Made by a program: the position numbers and the translations under genes
In this document: in pieces, positions 30,060-40,450 of the stretch
How the letters are laid out: each line of letters opens with the position of its first letter
Numbering within the stretch: the first letter of the stretch is position 1
The notes under the pieces: generated by a model
What the model was told of the DNA's origin: nothing
Database searches by the model: none
Seen by the model: the letters and a program-made list of their open reading frames with translations, nothing else
Assembly (NCBI GenBank): GCA_964524845.1
Contig: CAZGFX010000001.1
Span: forward strand, 227,740-291,739
Source of the DNA: an uncultured Gammaproteobacteria bacterium
Lineage (GTDB): Bacteria > Patescibacteriota > Patescibacteriia > CAZGFX01
Direction: 5' to 3'
DNA: 64,000 nt

Positions 30060-31001
30060 CTATCGAACTAAAGACCTAATACACTCATGAACAATTCGTG
30101 AATTAACCCCTCCCCCAAAAATCGATATCTTCACCGTTTGCTCGTGTGTATCTGTATTATACGGCAAATATATCTCTCCCACAAAGTTTTTTTCGTTATT
30201 CCACACCCTATTTACAACCTTGTCATATATATTCATTAAAAACACCGCATTATTTGGTTTTTTTACAACCAATAGATCCGATGAAAGAGGAATGTGTTCC
30301 ACGGAAACACTTCCATCTGAAGACTTCCAAAGAGCTTTCGAAGATAATAGACATGAATCAGATTCTTTTCTATCCCCCTTAAAATCAATTCCTGATAAGA
30401 TACTTAAAAAAGTTTTGTTTATTTCTGCCCCGCGCGTCGTCGCAATTATAACCTTGTCATCAATTGGAAATAACAAAGACACACTTCCTGTCTTTTTTTC
30501 AACCACACCTACTAAATCACCAATTGTTATAATCGAATCAGGAAGCGATTGAATCGAAGCTGAGGGAGCTGAAAAAAAGGGAGTAATTGTATCTTTGATT
30601 CTAGTTTCGATTTCATTAAAAAACTTCTCATCATCAAAATATGTAAGTGATATTTCCGACACCCCGTCGTTCAGTGCGACGACGCGCTCATATTCCGTAA
30701 TTCCCCATGTTGCTGGATATGTGAGAACAAACAAGTCGTTTTCATATGTTTTTTGTTCGAGTATCAAATCTTTCTCTATTTTTTGCTTCGTCTCATTTAC
30801 TTCGTTAACAATGGTTTTTCCTCCTTCTGTAATCGTTGATCCGAGTGATTGTATGCCTTTTTTAATATCATCGTTTCGTTCAAAAAATTTCGGTGAAAAA
30901 GCCGGTCCGAAACCGTCATTAAGATAAAAATGAAGCCCTAGTATGACTATGAAAAGTCCTCCAACAAAAACAATCATTTGTAACGAGTCTTTTGAAAACA
31001 T
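30060..31001 (-). CDS. membrane-anchored hypothetical protein
   Basis: N-terminal TM helix. Co-directional and tightly spaced with the lipoprotein gene. Confidence 0.45.
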   Translation of the reverse strand: MFSKDSLQMIVFVGGLFIVILGLHFYLNDGFGPAFSPKFFERNDDIKKGIQSLGSTITEGGKTIVNEVNETKQKIEKDLILEQKTYENDLFVLTYPATWGITEYERVVALNDGVSEISLTYFDDEKFFNEIETRIKDTITPFFSAPSASIQSLPDSIITIGDLVGVVEKKTGSVSLLFPIDDKVIIATTRGAEINKTFLSILSGIDFKGDRKESDSCLLSSKALWKSSDGSVSVEHIPLSSDLLVVKKPNNAVFLMNIYDKVVNRVWNNEKNFVGEIYLPYNTDTHEQTVKISIFGGGVNSRIVHECIRSLVR

Positions 31002-31057
31002 ATTTTAAAAAATTTGTATAACGGAAACATTTGTATAAAGGAAACAATGGGAATAAA

Positions 31058-31687
31058 TTATGTTCCTGGTTCAAGAATAATAAGCTGCATCGTATCGCTT
31101 GTAAGCTCTTTTTTCTTTATTGTAAGCTTCGGCAAAGGAGTTCCTGCTTTTAACGATATGCCTTTTACAAATGATGTCTCATCTTTTAATTTCTTATCAC
31201 CTCCGCCAGAAGAATATTCAACTGGAATCACTATTTTTGGCTGGAGTTTCGTAGCAAGTTCCGCTGCTTCGGAACCGGAAAGTCTTTCTGTGTTTCCTGC
31301 TGACACTATCAAAATATCACACTCCTCGAGAAGTTCCGCTGCGAATCCCGGAACTGTCGGAGCAGACGCTCCAGACACAATTGCAATTGTGATTTCTTCC
31401 ATTTTTATACGAAAAAAAAGTGTTGCGTCATCATCTCCCTGTGTAACGTCTATCGCATTTACCAAAACATCATTTACTTCATATTCTCCTTGTTTACTAA
31501 CGATGAAAGTATCTTCATCGATACCGGGAACTTCCTTTATATTATCATTTCCCTCACTTAAAAGAACCATTGATGCTTTGACTCGTGGATTCGAAAATCC
31601 AAAATCTTTTACGTTTGGATCGACGAGTACTATCGTATCTCCGCTTTGAAGTTTAATTCCTCTGTGACCAAGCCATGTAAGAAACAT
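31058..31687 (-). CDS. metallo-beta-lactamase-fold metal-dependent hydrolase (Lactamase_B_3-like)
   Basis: N-terminus MFLTWLGHRGIKLQSGDTIVLVDP is typical of the UlaG-like/MBL-fold family. Confidence 0.55.
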   Translation of the reverse strand: MFLTWLGHRGIKLQSGDTIVLVDPNVKDFGFSNPRVKASMVLLSEGNDNIKEVPGIDEDTFIVSKQGEYEVNDVLVNAIDVTQGDDDATLFFRIKMEEITIAIVSGASAPTVPGFAAELLEECDILIVSAGNTERLSGSEAAELATKLQPKIVIPVEYSSGGGDKKLKDETSFVKGISLKAGTPLPKLTIKKKELTSDTMQLIILEPGT

Positions 31688-32217
31688 ATTGGTATTTATT
31701 AAATATGCTCATATAATACACAAAAAACCGCAATCAATCAAAGGATAACATTATCAATCAGCATAGTCTTTAAGTAACTGCAAAAACAGATAAAAATAAA
31801 AACCCGACAGCAGATGTGACGGTCGTTGACTGTGTGCTGTCGGGAAAGCGGAGGTGTTTCTGTTAATTGTTTTTAGGAAGTTTCGAATAATCTAATAAGG
31901 ATTTTCCCTCATTTTTTGCTTCGTTTTCTGATGACGTATGGCTTTTTCTGTGTGTCCAATAAACCGGAAAAACTGTTATCATGAAAAATAAGATTATTGC
32001 AACAAAAAGTATTATAAAAAACGGATGAATTGACATCAAAACTCCTTTGAGTGTACAAATTGTTTGTTTGTTTTTTTATTATTTAAAATATTTTGTATTA
32101 AGGATAATATAGTATTTTTGATTTTAATACAAGATATAACAAAAACGTTAAAATTAAATAAAAAACCCCATTTCATATATTGAAACAGGGTATTAAAATG
32201 TATGTGTTACATACTTT

Positions 32218-32739
32218 TTATTTAAATGCTTTTTCAAAAGACTCTCTCGGAACATGTTTCGAATAAAAGAGTGTTGTTTTCATTACCTTAAAAAAATCAT
32301 CAGGAAATCCTAGATTTTCAGCAATCAAAAACGCTTTGTTAGCAAGCGAACTCTTTGTTTCTTTTTTCAATTCTTCACTTATCTTTTTTCGTACTTTTGG
32401 ATCAAGAAATACTGCGTCAACGGCGCTGTTAAAAGCCAGTCCTACTACAAACGGGGACGGTTCGACTGACTCGAACAGATGTCGTGCTATAATTTGAGCA
32501 AACTCATGCACAACAGGACCATCACTCTTATAATTGTCTAAAACGCTCTTGATTAAGTAATTTGTTAATCTTAAACCACCACCCGTAGAGGGGGGTTTTT
32601 GTTCGTCACAAGAAATAATATCCATAACAACTCTCCTTTTTCTGCTGTCTCCAGCGAAATATTTTAATTTAAGGGTATTTTTAGGGTTTTTTATCTCTTT
32701 TTCTAATTTAATTGTACCATCTTTTTGCATTTTCTGCAA
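32218..32739 (-). CDS. hypothetical protein (173 aa)
   Basis: ORF with its own terminator downstream. No recognisable motif. Confidence 0.4.
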   Translation of the reverse strand: MQKMQKDGTIKLEKEIKNPKNTLKLKYFAGDSRKRRVVMDIISCDEQKPPSTGGGLRLTNYLIKSVLDNYKSDGPVVHEFAQIIARHLFESVEPSPFVVGLAFNSAVDAVFLDPKVRKKISEELKKETKSSLANKAFLIAENLGFPDDFFKVMKTTLFYSKHVPRESFEKAFK

Positions 32740-32754
32740 TAGTTATCCACATAT

Positions 32755-32786
32755 AAAAAACCCCGTCCTTAAATTAAAGAACGGGG
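32755..32786 (-). terminator. rho-independent terminator (minus strand)
   Basis: Minus strand reads CCCCGTTCTTTAATTTAAGGACGGGG followed by TTTTTT. Confidence 0.7.
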
Positions 32787-32815
32787 TTATATAAATTAAA
32801 ATTTAGTTTCAATTG

Positions 32816-33643
32816 TTAACAAGAATTACCACAACAATGGTTTTCCTTGTTTTTTTGCGGATCAAACGCCTCGATGTTACAACTAATTAAAGTCATACCT
32901 ATCTTATCGAGTCTTTCAGATAAAAAACGCGAAAACTCTGATTTAGAATCATTCCTTTGTGCGTCCACATTGGTAGACGGACACAATGACTTGGCATACG
33001 AATACAATATTCCATCGAACAAACATGATGCAACAATCGCATCGATGATTTTGGCTATCGTGCATTCGCAAAAATTATATTTGCGTAAAAAATCATAATA
33101 ACTTTGTATTCCTTCTTTTGTTTCAAAAGGAGCGAGCACCACAACCACCAAGATGTCCGGCTCAACCGAATCCTGATCAAGAATGACTGTTTTTATAATC
33201 TTTCTATTCCTGAAAACACCTTGTATTAACTGACCTTTTTCAATATCCTTTAGTTCATCGGCTGGTATGTTTGATTTCCAATCTTTCATACCAATCATAT
33301 ATGTTCGTAACACTCTTCCTTCGGATACTATGATGCTTCCGCTTTTTATTTCTATTTTTTTTGCTCTAGAAAATATTGCCTGTACTATTACGTACAGAAA
33401 TAAAAACAAAAAAATTAATAACAAAAAAAATAGAAAGTAAAAAACAAAATTATAACCGATTTCAATATTATCATCAATACTAATGATAATTATTTCTAAT
33501 AAAAACACAAACAAAAAAAGAAATCCGTGGTTAGTAAGGTTTTGTTCAAATTGGTCCGGCGATACTTTTTTCTTGTTCAGAGAAAACCATTTCTCTAATT
33601 TTTCAAATAACCTCATAATACCTCCTTGCTTTCGTTCATACAA
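32816..33643 (-). CDS. membrane-anchored SPFH/band-7-like paralog 1
   Basis: Two N-terminal TM helices. C-terminal domain ends with the motif LDKIGMTLISCNIEAFDP, resembling the SPFH GI.V..V.I.D..P motif. Paralogous to 33819-34592 and 34771-35556. Confidence 0.45.
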   Translation of the reverse strand: MYERKQGGIMRLFEKLEKWFSLNKKKVSPDQFEQNLTNHGFLFLFVFLLEIIIISIDDNIEIGYNFVFYFLFFLLLIFLFLFLYVIVQAIFSRAKKIEIKSGSIIVSEGRVLRTYMIGMKDWKSNIPADELKDIEKGQLIQGVFRNRKIIKTVILDQDSVEPDILVVVVLAPFETKEGIQSYYDFLRKYNFCECTIAKIIDAIVASCLFDGILYSYAKSLCPSTNVDAQRNDSKSEFSRFLSERLDKIGMTLISCNIEAFDPQKNKENHCCGNSC

Positions 33644-33772
33644 AACAAACTTAAGCTGTTTTTGTTGATTGTTTTAAATTATTTTGATTATTAATTTATC
33701 GTGTAATCATAGTATTTATTATTTAAATTGTCAAAAACTGTTTTTTGGCTAATTTTAAAACTGTTTTCTAAG

Positions 33773-33799
33773 TAAAAACCCCGAGCAATTATGCTCGGG
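33773..33799 (-). terminator. rho-independent terminator (minus strand)
   Basis: CCCCGAGCAATTATGCTCGGGG hairpin with TTTTT on the minus strand. Confidence 0.7.
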
Positions 33800-33818
33800 G
33801 CTTGTTTTTGGGCTTCTG

Positions 33819-34592
33819 TTAAATATCAGAAACTTCTTTCGGATCAAATCTCTTCCATGTGATTGTTTTGATGCGAATTCCTATTTTATCTATTTTACGA
33901 TTTAAACAACCAACATGTTTTTCATCTTCAAATATATCAATTTTTCCTTCGTTTGGTTTGGGGTTGTTAATTCTCCGCCAGACCTCTTCAATTATAGAAT
34001 CGTAGAAACAACTTATTATTGTTGTGCTTAATGTATCGAATATTCCTTCATTTTCAAATCTAAACCGATCATAGAAGTCGTAGTATTTTTGCGCTTCTTC
34101 AATATGCTCGATAGGCGTAAAAACAATAATCACTGTCATTTTAGGATCGAATGGACTACCTCCAACGGCAAAGTGTTTTACAAGCTTCCGATCACGAAGG
34201 AAGTTTTCGTACTTTGTTCCGTTTTCATAATCATCCCGCTCATCTAAAGAAATGTCCTTTTTCCATTTCTTATCGGTATCTTTTAGATACATTCGTACAA
34301 CTTTATTATTTCTTACAATTATACTCCATTTTCCTACACTAAAAACATTCTTACTAGAATCATCCCTTGATCTGTCAAATATATTAGGAAAACAAATATT
34401 TATTAATATAATTATTAACGCACAACACAATACCGCAAAAACGACAGCACTGATTATTTCGAGTATTAATAATGACGCAATAAATAAAGCTGAGCTTGTT
34501 CCAACACAAATCAAATCAAAAATCTTTTGTCTATTAATTTTCTCGCGGGTCTTGGGTGATTGATCTTTTTTTAAAGAACTCAATAACTTCAT
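33819..34592 (-). CDS. membrane-anchored SPFH/band-7-like paralog 2
   Basis: Shares SIIVRNNKVVRMYL and IDKIGIRIKTITWKRFDP motifs with the two neighbours. Confidence 0.45.
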   Translation of the reverse strand: MKLLSSLKKDQSPKTREKINRQKIFDLICVGTSSALFIASLLILEIISAVVFAVLCCALIIILINICFPNIFDRSRDDSSKNVFSVGKWSIIVRNNKVVRMYLKDTDKKWKKDISLDERDDYENGTKYENFLRDRKLVKHFAVGGSPFDPKMTVIIVFTPIEHIEEAQKYYDFYDRFRFENEGIFDTLSTTIISCFYDSIIEEVWRRINNPKPNEGKIDIFEDEKHVGCLNRKIDKIGIRIKTITWKRFDPKEVSDI

Positions 34593-34730
34593 AAAACCTC
34601 CTTATTTACTAAAAATCTTTTTACTTACTCGTTTTTAATTGTTTTATTTATCGTATAAACATAACAAATATGTTTAATTTTATCAATGCTTAAAAAGCTA
34701 TTTATATTTGCCCTTTTATTGTTTTGTAAA

Positions 34731-34757
34731 TAAAAAACCCCGAGTTATATATTCGGG
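34731..34757 (-). terminator. rho-independent terminator (minus strand)
   Basis: CCCCGAGTTATATATTCGGGG hairpin with an A-run on plus (T-run on minus). Confidence 0.65.
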
Positions 34758-34770
34758 GCTTATTTATTAT

Positions 34771-35556
34771 TTATAATTTTGATACTAAATCCGGATTAAA
34801 TTTTGTCCAATTGATATGTTTCGCTTTGATACCAATTCGACGCAGTTTTTCGTTTATCAATTTTGTGGTTTCTTTGTCATAGACTGAATCAGACTCTTTT
34901 TTTGGACTATCAAGCATTGTATAAATTTCGTCTATGATGCTCCGATTAAACGCGGGCGTTATAATCGTATCTATGAGATTTTTCATCGCTTCTTCACGAA
35001 GTTTACAAAATAAGAAAAAATCACAAAAACGTTGTGCGCCTTCCACATCTTCAATCGTGTGAAATATAATAGACGCTGACAAGTTTGGACGAGCATAATC
35101 TTCTGTAAGAATAAAGTGTTTTACAAGTGTCATTTCTCGAAAGAATTTCTCGATTTTTACACCTTCTTTATAATCATTCCACTCATCAGAATTAACGTCT
35201 TTTTTCCATTTTTCAGAAACGTCTTCCAAATAAATCCGTACTACTTTGTTGTTTCTCGTAATAACTGTTCCTTTTTTTATACTAAATACATCTGGCATAT
35301 TAGAGATATCAATATGATCGAAGTATGCGCTAAAAAACAAGGTAGCAAGTCCGATAAACATAACTATAATTTCTGGTGAGTTTTCAGAGGCTTTTGTGTC
35401 TGTTCCGATATAAAAAACACTGGACACAAGAGCAATCGTTGCAGCAATAACAATCAAAATAACCGCTAAATAAGTCGATAGCATTCCGGCTTTTGCAACA
35501 ACTTTTTCAAATTCTTTCGGTGAACGACTTTTTTTTAAAAAATTTAATAAAAACAT
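34771..35556 (-). CDS. membrane-anchored SPFH/band-7-like paralog 3
   Basis: VITRNNKVVRIYL and LRRIGIKAKHINWTKFNP motifs. N-terminal TM helices. Confidence 0.45.
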   Translation of the reverse strand: MFLLNFLKKSRSPKEFEKVVAKAGMLSTYLAVILIVIAATIALVSSVFYIGTDTKASENSPEIIVMFIGLATLFFSAYFDHIDISNMPDVFSIKKGTVITRNNKVVRIYLEDVSEKWKKDVNSDEWNDYKEGVKIEKFFREMTLVKHFILTEDYARPNLSASIIFHTIEDVEGAQRFCDFFLFCKLREEAMKNLIDTIITPAFNRSIIDEIYTMLDSPKKESDSVYDKETTKLINEKLRRIGIKAKHINWTKFNPDLVSKL

Positions 35557-35816
35557 ATAGCCTCCTTATCCTCGGCCATTGGCCGACAGGATTTTTTTGT
35601 TTTTGGTTGTTATTTATTTATTTATTTTTATCATATAATGATAACAATTATCATATTAATTGTCAATATTGCCTAAAATTGGCTCATAGAGTACTATCGG
35701 CATGCAAGTTTAGGGCTTTTATCAAAGGACGAGTAGCCCGTCGTCCACTCATGGCTCGATAAAAAACTCGTTTTTTACGAGTGAGGTATGGGTTAACTCC
35801 GATTTTTTATTTTATG

Positions 35817-37115
35817 GGAGAAAAATTTGCTAAAATTTTAGAATCTTACGATCTTGATAAATATTTACCAAAAGTAAATGAGATCGTATCAGGCACTGTT
35901 GTTAATGCTACAAAAAACGAGGTCATTGTAGATATTGACGGATTTGGTACTGGTATCGTACGTGGACGCGAAATTGAAGACGAATCAATGGAATTCACAG
36001 ACGTGAAACCTGGAGATCGCGTACAAGCAACTGTAAGCGAACTCGAGAATGAAATGGGTTATGTGGAACTTTCTTTCAGAAAAGTTGGTCACCAAAAAGC
36101 ATGGCAGAAACTTCAAGAAATGAAGGACAAAGAAGAAAACGTAATCGCGAAAATCATTGACGCGAATCGAGGAGGTCTAATGGTAAAAATCGGCAACGTA
36201 CTCGGATTTCTTCCTGTATCACAACTTACAATTGAACATTATCCACGCGTCGAAGGTGGAGACAAGAGCAAGATCCTCACCAAGCTCAAAACATATATTG
36301 GCTCAGATTTTCGATGCAAAATCATCGATATAAACGAAGAAGATGAGAAGCTCATCGTTTCAGAGAAGAGTGCTTGGGATGAGAAACAAATGGAAAAGGT
36401 CAAAAACTATAAGGTTGGCGACATCGTGAAAGGAACAATCACCGGAATTGTTGATTTTGGAATTTTCGTTGAACTCGCCGATGGAGTCGAGGGGCTTGTT
36501 CACATTTCAGAAATTGCATGGCAAAGACTTGACCACCCTAGAGACGTAGTTGAGGTTGGTCAGCAGGTTGAGGCCAGAGTCATTGAAATTGAAGGAACAA
36601 AAATTTCACTTTCCATAAAACAAATAAAACAAGATCCGTGGCACAATGTTGAAAAGAAATTCAAAATCGGAGACACTGTAAAGGGCAAGGTTCTCAAGGT
36701 AAATCCATTTGGACTTTTCGTTGAGCTTGACGACGACATTCATGGTCTCGCACACATATCAGAAATTGACAAAGACAAGACACCGATCAACTCTGTTAAA
36801 TCCGGAGATGTTTTGGAATTTCAAATCGTATCGATAAAACCAGACGAACACCGTCTCGGTCTCTCAAATAAGAAGGCAAAAGAGAAGAAGGAGAAAAAAT
36901 CTTCAGTAAAAGAAGAAGTTATTCCTCCTACAGAAGATGTTAAAACAGAAAAAAAAGAAACTACTAAAGAACATATTAAAACATCAAATGAGGAAAAGCC
37001 AAAAAAATCCACGAAACACGAGACAGATAAAACAGAGCATAAGACAAAAGAAACGAAAACCACAAAAGAAACAAAAAAGCCCACCGCAAAGAAAAAGACA
37101 ACAACAAAAAAATAA
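35817..37115 (+). CDS. rpsA: 30S ribosomal protein S1 (multi-S1-domain) with Lys/Glu-rich C-terminal tail
   Basis: Repeated S1 domains (GTVVNATKNEVIVDIDG..., GDIVKGTITGIVDFGIFVEL...GLVHISEI). The tail is KKEKKSSVKEE...KKTTTKK. The start at 35817 (MGEKFAKILES) is preferred over the track start. Confidence 0.85.
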   Translation, partial: GEKFAKILESYDLDKYLPKVNEIVSGTVVNATKNEVIVDIDGFGTGIVRGREIEDESMEFTDVKPGDRVQATVSELENEMGYVELSFRKVGHQKAWQKLQEMKDKEENVIAKIIDANRGGLMVKIGNVLGFLPVSQLTIEHYPRVEGGDKSKILTKLKTYIGSDFRCKIIDINEEDEKLIVSEKSAWDEKQMEKVKNYKVGDIVKGTITGIVDFGIFVELADGVEGLVHISEIAWQRLDHPRDVVEVGQQVEARVIEIEGTKISLSIKQIKQDPWHNVEKKFKIGDTVKGKVLKVNPFGLFVELDDDIHGLAHISEIDKDKTPINSVKSGDVLEFQIVSIKPDEHRLGLSNKKAKEKKEKKSSVKEEVIPPTEDVKTEKKETTKEHIKTSNEEKPKKSTKHETDKTEHKTKETKTTKETKKPTAKKKTTTKK

Positions 37116-37139
37116 CTTGTCATAATTACTTTTTGTTTT

Positions 37140-37182
37140 ACAACACGCCGCCCACCTTTGGTGGGCGGCGTGTTGACTTTAT
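37140..37182 (+). terminator. terminator hairpin (16-bp GC-rich stem)
   Basis: CAACACGCCGCCCACC-TTTG-GTGGGCGGCGTGTTG. Confidence 0.7.
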
Positions 37183-37258
37183 TAGTTTTTTATACTATGA
37201 TTGGCGCGATAAACAAGAAATAAATAAAATATTTTAAAAATAAAAAAGGAGAAAAACA

Positions 37259-37951
37259 ATGGTTTTGCACCGCAAAAAAAGAATCGCGCTCATATCAGAC
37301 ATGGATGGGGTTATTGTTGATTCTCAACATGTACACTCGCAAATCGAATCAGGACTTTTTTATGAAATTCTCAGACTTTCTATAACCGAAGAAGAAATTA
37401 CACTTCGTTACTCAGGCATGGGTCTCAATGCGATTTTCAATGATATTGAAAAACAACACAAAATAACTATATCTCCTGAAAAAAGAATATTAATTGAAAA
37501 AAGAAAATTTGATGAATTGATGAATCTTTCGTCTTTTTCAACTCGCATCATTCCAGGTATTATAGGAATTTTTTCTATTTTTAAAAAAAATAAATATCCG
37601 ATCGTCATCGCATCTTCATCACCAAGACCGTTTATTGAGAAAATAATACGAGAAACACAAATTCAACAATTTATTCACGGACATGTAAGTGGAAAAGATG
37701 TAAAAAACGGTAAACCTGCTCCTGATATATTCCTTCATGCTGCGGATATTGCCCAAATAATTCCAACTCAATGTGTTGTTTTGGAAGACGGAGTCGCCGG
37801 TATGGAAGCGGCGGGAAAAGCCAGAATGAAATGTATAGCTCTCGTTCCTTCGATTGATTTTCCTGTTCCTGAAACAGTATCCTTAAAAGTAACTAGTCTC
37901 CATGATATAAAAGATTTCAATACCATCGAAAACCTCTTCAAAAAACAATAA
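37259..37951 (+). CDS. HAD-superfamily hydrolase, subfamily IA (beta-phosphoglucomutase-like)
   Basis: DxDG motif ISDMDGVIVDS, and later KNGKPAPDIF and VVLEDGVAGMEAAGKA motifs. Confidence 0.75.
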   Translation: MVLHRKKRIALISDMDGVIVDSQHVHSQIESGLFYEILRLSITEEEITLRYSGMGLNAIFNDIEKQHKITISPEKRILIEKRKFDELMNLSSFSTRIIPGIIGIFSIFKKNKYPIVIASSSPRPFIEKIIRETQIQQFIHGHVSGKDVKNGKPAPDIFLHAADIAQIIPTQCVVLEDGVAGMEAAGKARMKCIALVPSIDFPVPETVSLKVTSLHDIKDFNTIENLFKKQ

Positions 37952-38142
37952 TATAAAAAATAAGAATATATATATTTATTAATCGCTGTTCACCTTTTCT
38001 AAAAAAGGCTGAAAAACAGCGATTTTTTATTTTTATCAATAATCACAAAATACAATTGTACAAAAAACACATGTTTTTATGCCTTGTTTTTTTACCAAAA
38101 ACCCGCTAAAATGAGCTCATTAATTTGATTTTAGGATTTTTT

Positions 38143-39945
38143 ATGAACAAGGTTGCAAAAAATTTTCTTACATTTTTCGTTATATTCGTAGCAATTGCTG
38201 TAATTTTGTCTTTCTTTTCAGGTGACAGAAACCAAGACAAGATAATCAGTATTAACGAGCTTGCACAACAAATAAATAGCAACGAGGTACGAAGCATCTC
38301 TGTTGAGGGTCCAATGATAAGTGTAACTCTTAACAATGATGCGAAAGAAATCGTATACAAAGAAGAAAACGAATCTTTTGGTGAATTAATAAAAAATTAT
38401 GGTATCAATCCTGATTCAATAAAAAATCTGTCAATCGAAGTAGTTAAACCGAAAAAACCAAGTATTATAACATCTATTCTTCCTTTTTTGATTCCTGTCG
38501 TTATGGTGCTTCTTATCATCTGGTTTATGATGAGACAAGTACAAGGAGCAAACAATCGCGCCATGACTTTCGGACAATCAGGAGTCAAAGAAGCGGATAT
38601 AGTAGACGTATCATTCAAGAATGTTGCCGGAGCAGAAGAAGCGAAAGAAGAGCTTATGGAGGTTGTTGATTTCCTCAAAAATCCAAAAAAATATCTAGAG
38701 TTAGGAGCGAAAATCCCGAAAGGAGTTCTCTTGCTCGGTGCTCCGGGTGTTGGAAAAACACTGCTCGCCCGCGCTGTCGCCGGCGAAGCAAAAGTTCCTT
38801 TTTATTATATTTCCGGATCAGAATTTGTAGAGATGTTCGTCGGCGTAGGAGCGTCGCGTGTTCGTGATCTATTTAAAAAAGCCAAGAAAAACTCACCTTG
38901 TATCGTATTTATAGATGAAATAGATGCTGTCGGGCGACAGCGCGGCGCCGGTATCGGCGGCTCGCATGACGAGCGCGAGCAGACATTAAACCAGATACTT
39001 GTCGAAATGGATGGTTTTGAAACAAACACCACGGTAATTGTTCTTGCCGCAACAAACAGAGCGGACATTTTGGACCCTGCACTTCTCCGCCCAGGACGAT
39101 TTGATCGACGTGTCATGATTGACATGCCGGACATAAAGGATCGCGAAGCAATTCTTGCTGTACACGCGAAAAAAATCCCGCTCGCAAAAGATGCTGATCT
39201 TCTAAGTGTCGCCCAACGCACACCTGGATTTTCAGGAGCAGAGTTAGCAAACGTAATTAATGAAGCGGCGATATTCGCAGCTCGTTCAAACAAAAAAGAA
39301 ATAAAACAGGAAATGTTATATTCTGCCATTGAGAAGGTTCTTCTCGGACCAGAAAAGAAAAACAAGATTCGTGACGCGGAAGATTTAAAGATGACGGCAT
39401 TTCATGAAGCAGGTCATGCTGTTGTTGGACATTTTTGCGAACACTCTGACCCTATTCATAAAATATCAATAGTTTCACGCGGACGCGCAGGTGGATATAC
39501 TATACTTCTTCCAGAAACCGACAAACCATACAAAAGAAAATCGGAATTTCTTGATCAACTTGCATCAATGCTAGGAGGATATATTGCTGAACTTAAAAAT
39601 TTTGGCGAAGTATCAACCGGACCACACAATGATCTCGAGCAAGTTACGAAAATCGCACGAGCAATGGTAACTAAGTTCGGAATGAGCGAGGAGCTTGGTA
39701 CTCGCATATACGGCGAAACAGACGAGATGATATTTCTCGGAAGAGAAATTCATGAGAGTCGTAATTACTCAGAAGAAACAGCGAGAAAAATAGACGAAGA
39801 AGTCCAAAAATACATCACAATTGCATATAAAAAAGCTGAAAAAATTCTCGAAGAGAAAAAAGACAAGGTAAAGAAACTTGTTGATATATTACTAGAAAAA
39901 GAAACAGTTGAGAAAGAAGAGTTTGTGGCTCTCATGAACTCATAA
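38143..39945 (+). CDS. ftsH: ATP-dependent zinc metalloprotease FtsH
   Basis: AAA+ Walker A GAPGVGKT, the second region of homology, and zinc-binding HEAGHA. N-terminal TM helices. The start at 38143 (MNKVAKNF) is preferred. Confidence 0.9.
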   Translation: MNKVAKNFLTFFVIFVAIAVILSFFSGDRNQDKIISINELAQQINSNEVRSISVEGPMISVTLNNDAKEIVYKEENESFGELIKNYGINPDSIKNLSIEVVKPKKPSIITSILPFLIPVVMVLLIIWFMMRQVQGANNRAMTFGQSGVKEADIVDVSFKNVAGAEEAKEELMEVVDFLKNPKKYLELGAKIPKGVLLLGAPGVGKTLLARAVAGEAKVPFYYISGSEFVEMFVGVGASRVRDLFKKAKKNSPCIVFIDEIDAVGRQRGAGIGGSHDEREQTLNQILVEMDGFETNTTVIVLAATNRADILDPALLRPGRFDRRVMIDMPDIKDREAILAVHAKKIPLAKDADLLSVAQRTPGFSGAELANVINEAAIFAARSNKKEIKQEMLYSAIEKVLLGPEKKNKIRDAEDLKMTAFHEAGHAVVGHFCEHSDPIHKISIVSRGRAGGYTILLPETDKPYKRKSEFLDQLASMLGGYIAELKNFGEVSTGPHNDLEQVTKIARAMVTKFGMSEELGTRIYGETDEMIFLGREIHESRNYSEETARKIDEEVQKYITIAYKKAEKILEEKKDKVKKLVDILLEKETVEKEEFVALMNS

Positions 39946-39977
39946 ATGAATCGGTTTCCTTCTTTCGTAATACAAGA

Positions 39978-40050
39978 AAAACCAAGTATTTGCTACTTGG
40001 TTTTCTCAACACAAAACCCTCTCTACATATAGCAGAGAGGGCTTGTTTTA
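39978..40050 (+). terminator. tandem terminator hairpins after ftsH
   Basis: ACCAAGTA...TACTTGGT followed by TTT, then CCCTCTCT...AGAGAGGG followed by CTTGTTTT. Confidence 0.7.
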
Positions 40051-40450
40051 TAAAGCACCCATGCATTGTGTGCGATGCTCTATAAATGTTGTTCCGCAAA
40101 GAAAATATCCCAAAAACTTCGCGAAACTGTTATTGCATGCAATATGTCATGTGTCGCATGATATAAAAAATGCGATTCATCATGACCTGAGTTCAAAAAT
40201 TAAGGAGAGAAAATTGTAAGTTTTTTCAAACTTACGCATTCATTATACTCCTCATATCTTAATCTTCAAACTGCACAAAAACACAAAAAATAGCAACAAT
40301 ATATGATAATTTGTAATTTTCCACTCATTTAATCGGTTTTTAAAAACAAGAATATCCACAGATAATAAAAACGCAAAAATAAATATACTGATAAATTCGC
40401 TATAGTAAGAGGCTTATGATATAATATATTCATTCAATAATATATTTTTT

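Noticed and set aside
40051-40450. 400-nt spacer upstream of the membrane-protein/pilB unit as a small-ORF or ncRNA locus
   Set aside because: An SD-like AAGGAGAG is followed by TTG then an immediate stop. Only one modest hairpin (GTAAGTTT-TTTC-AAACTTAC) is present. It is most simply a long promoter or 5' UTR region, and the evidence is insufficient for a feature call.
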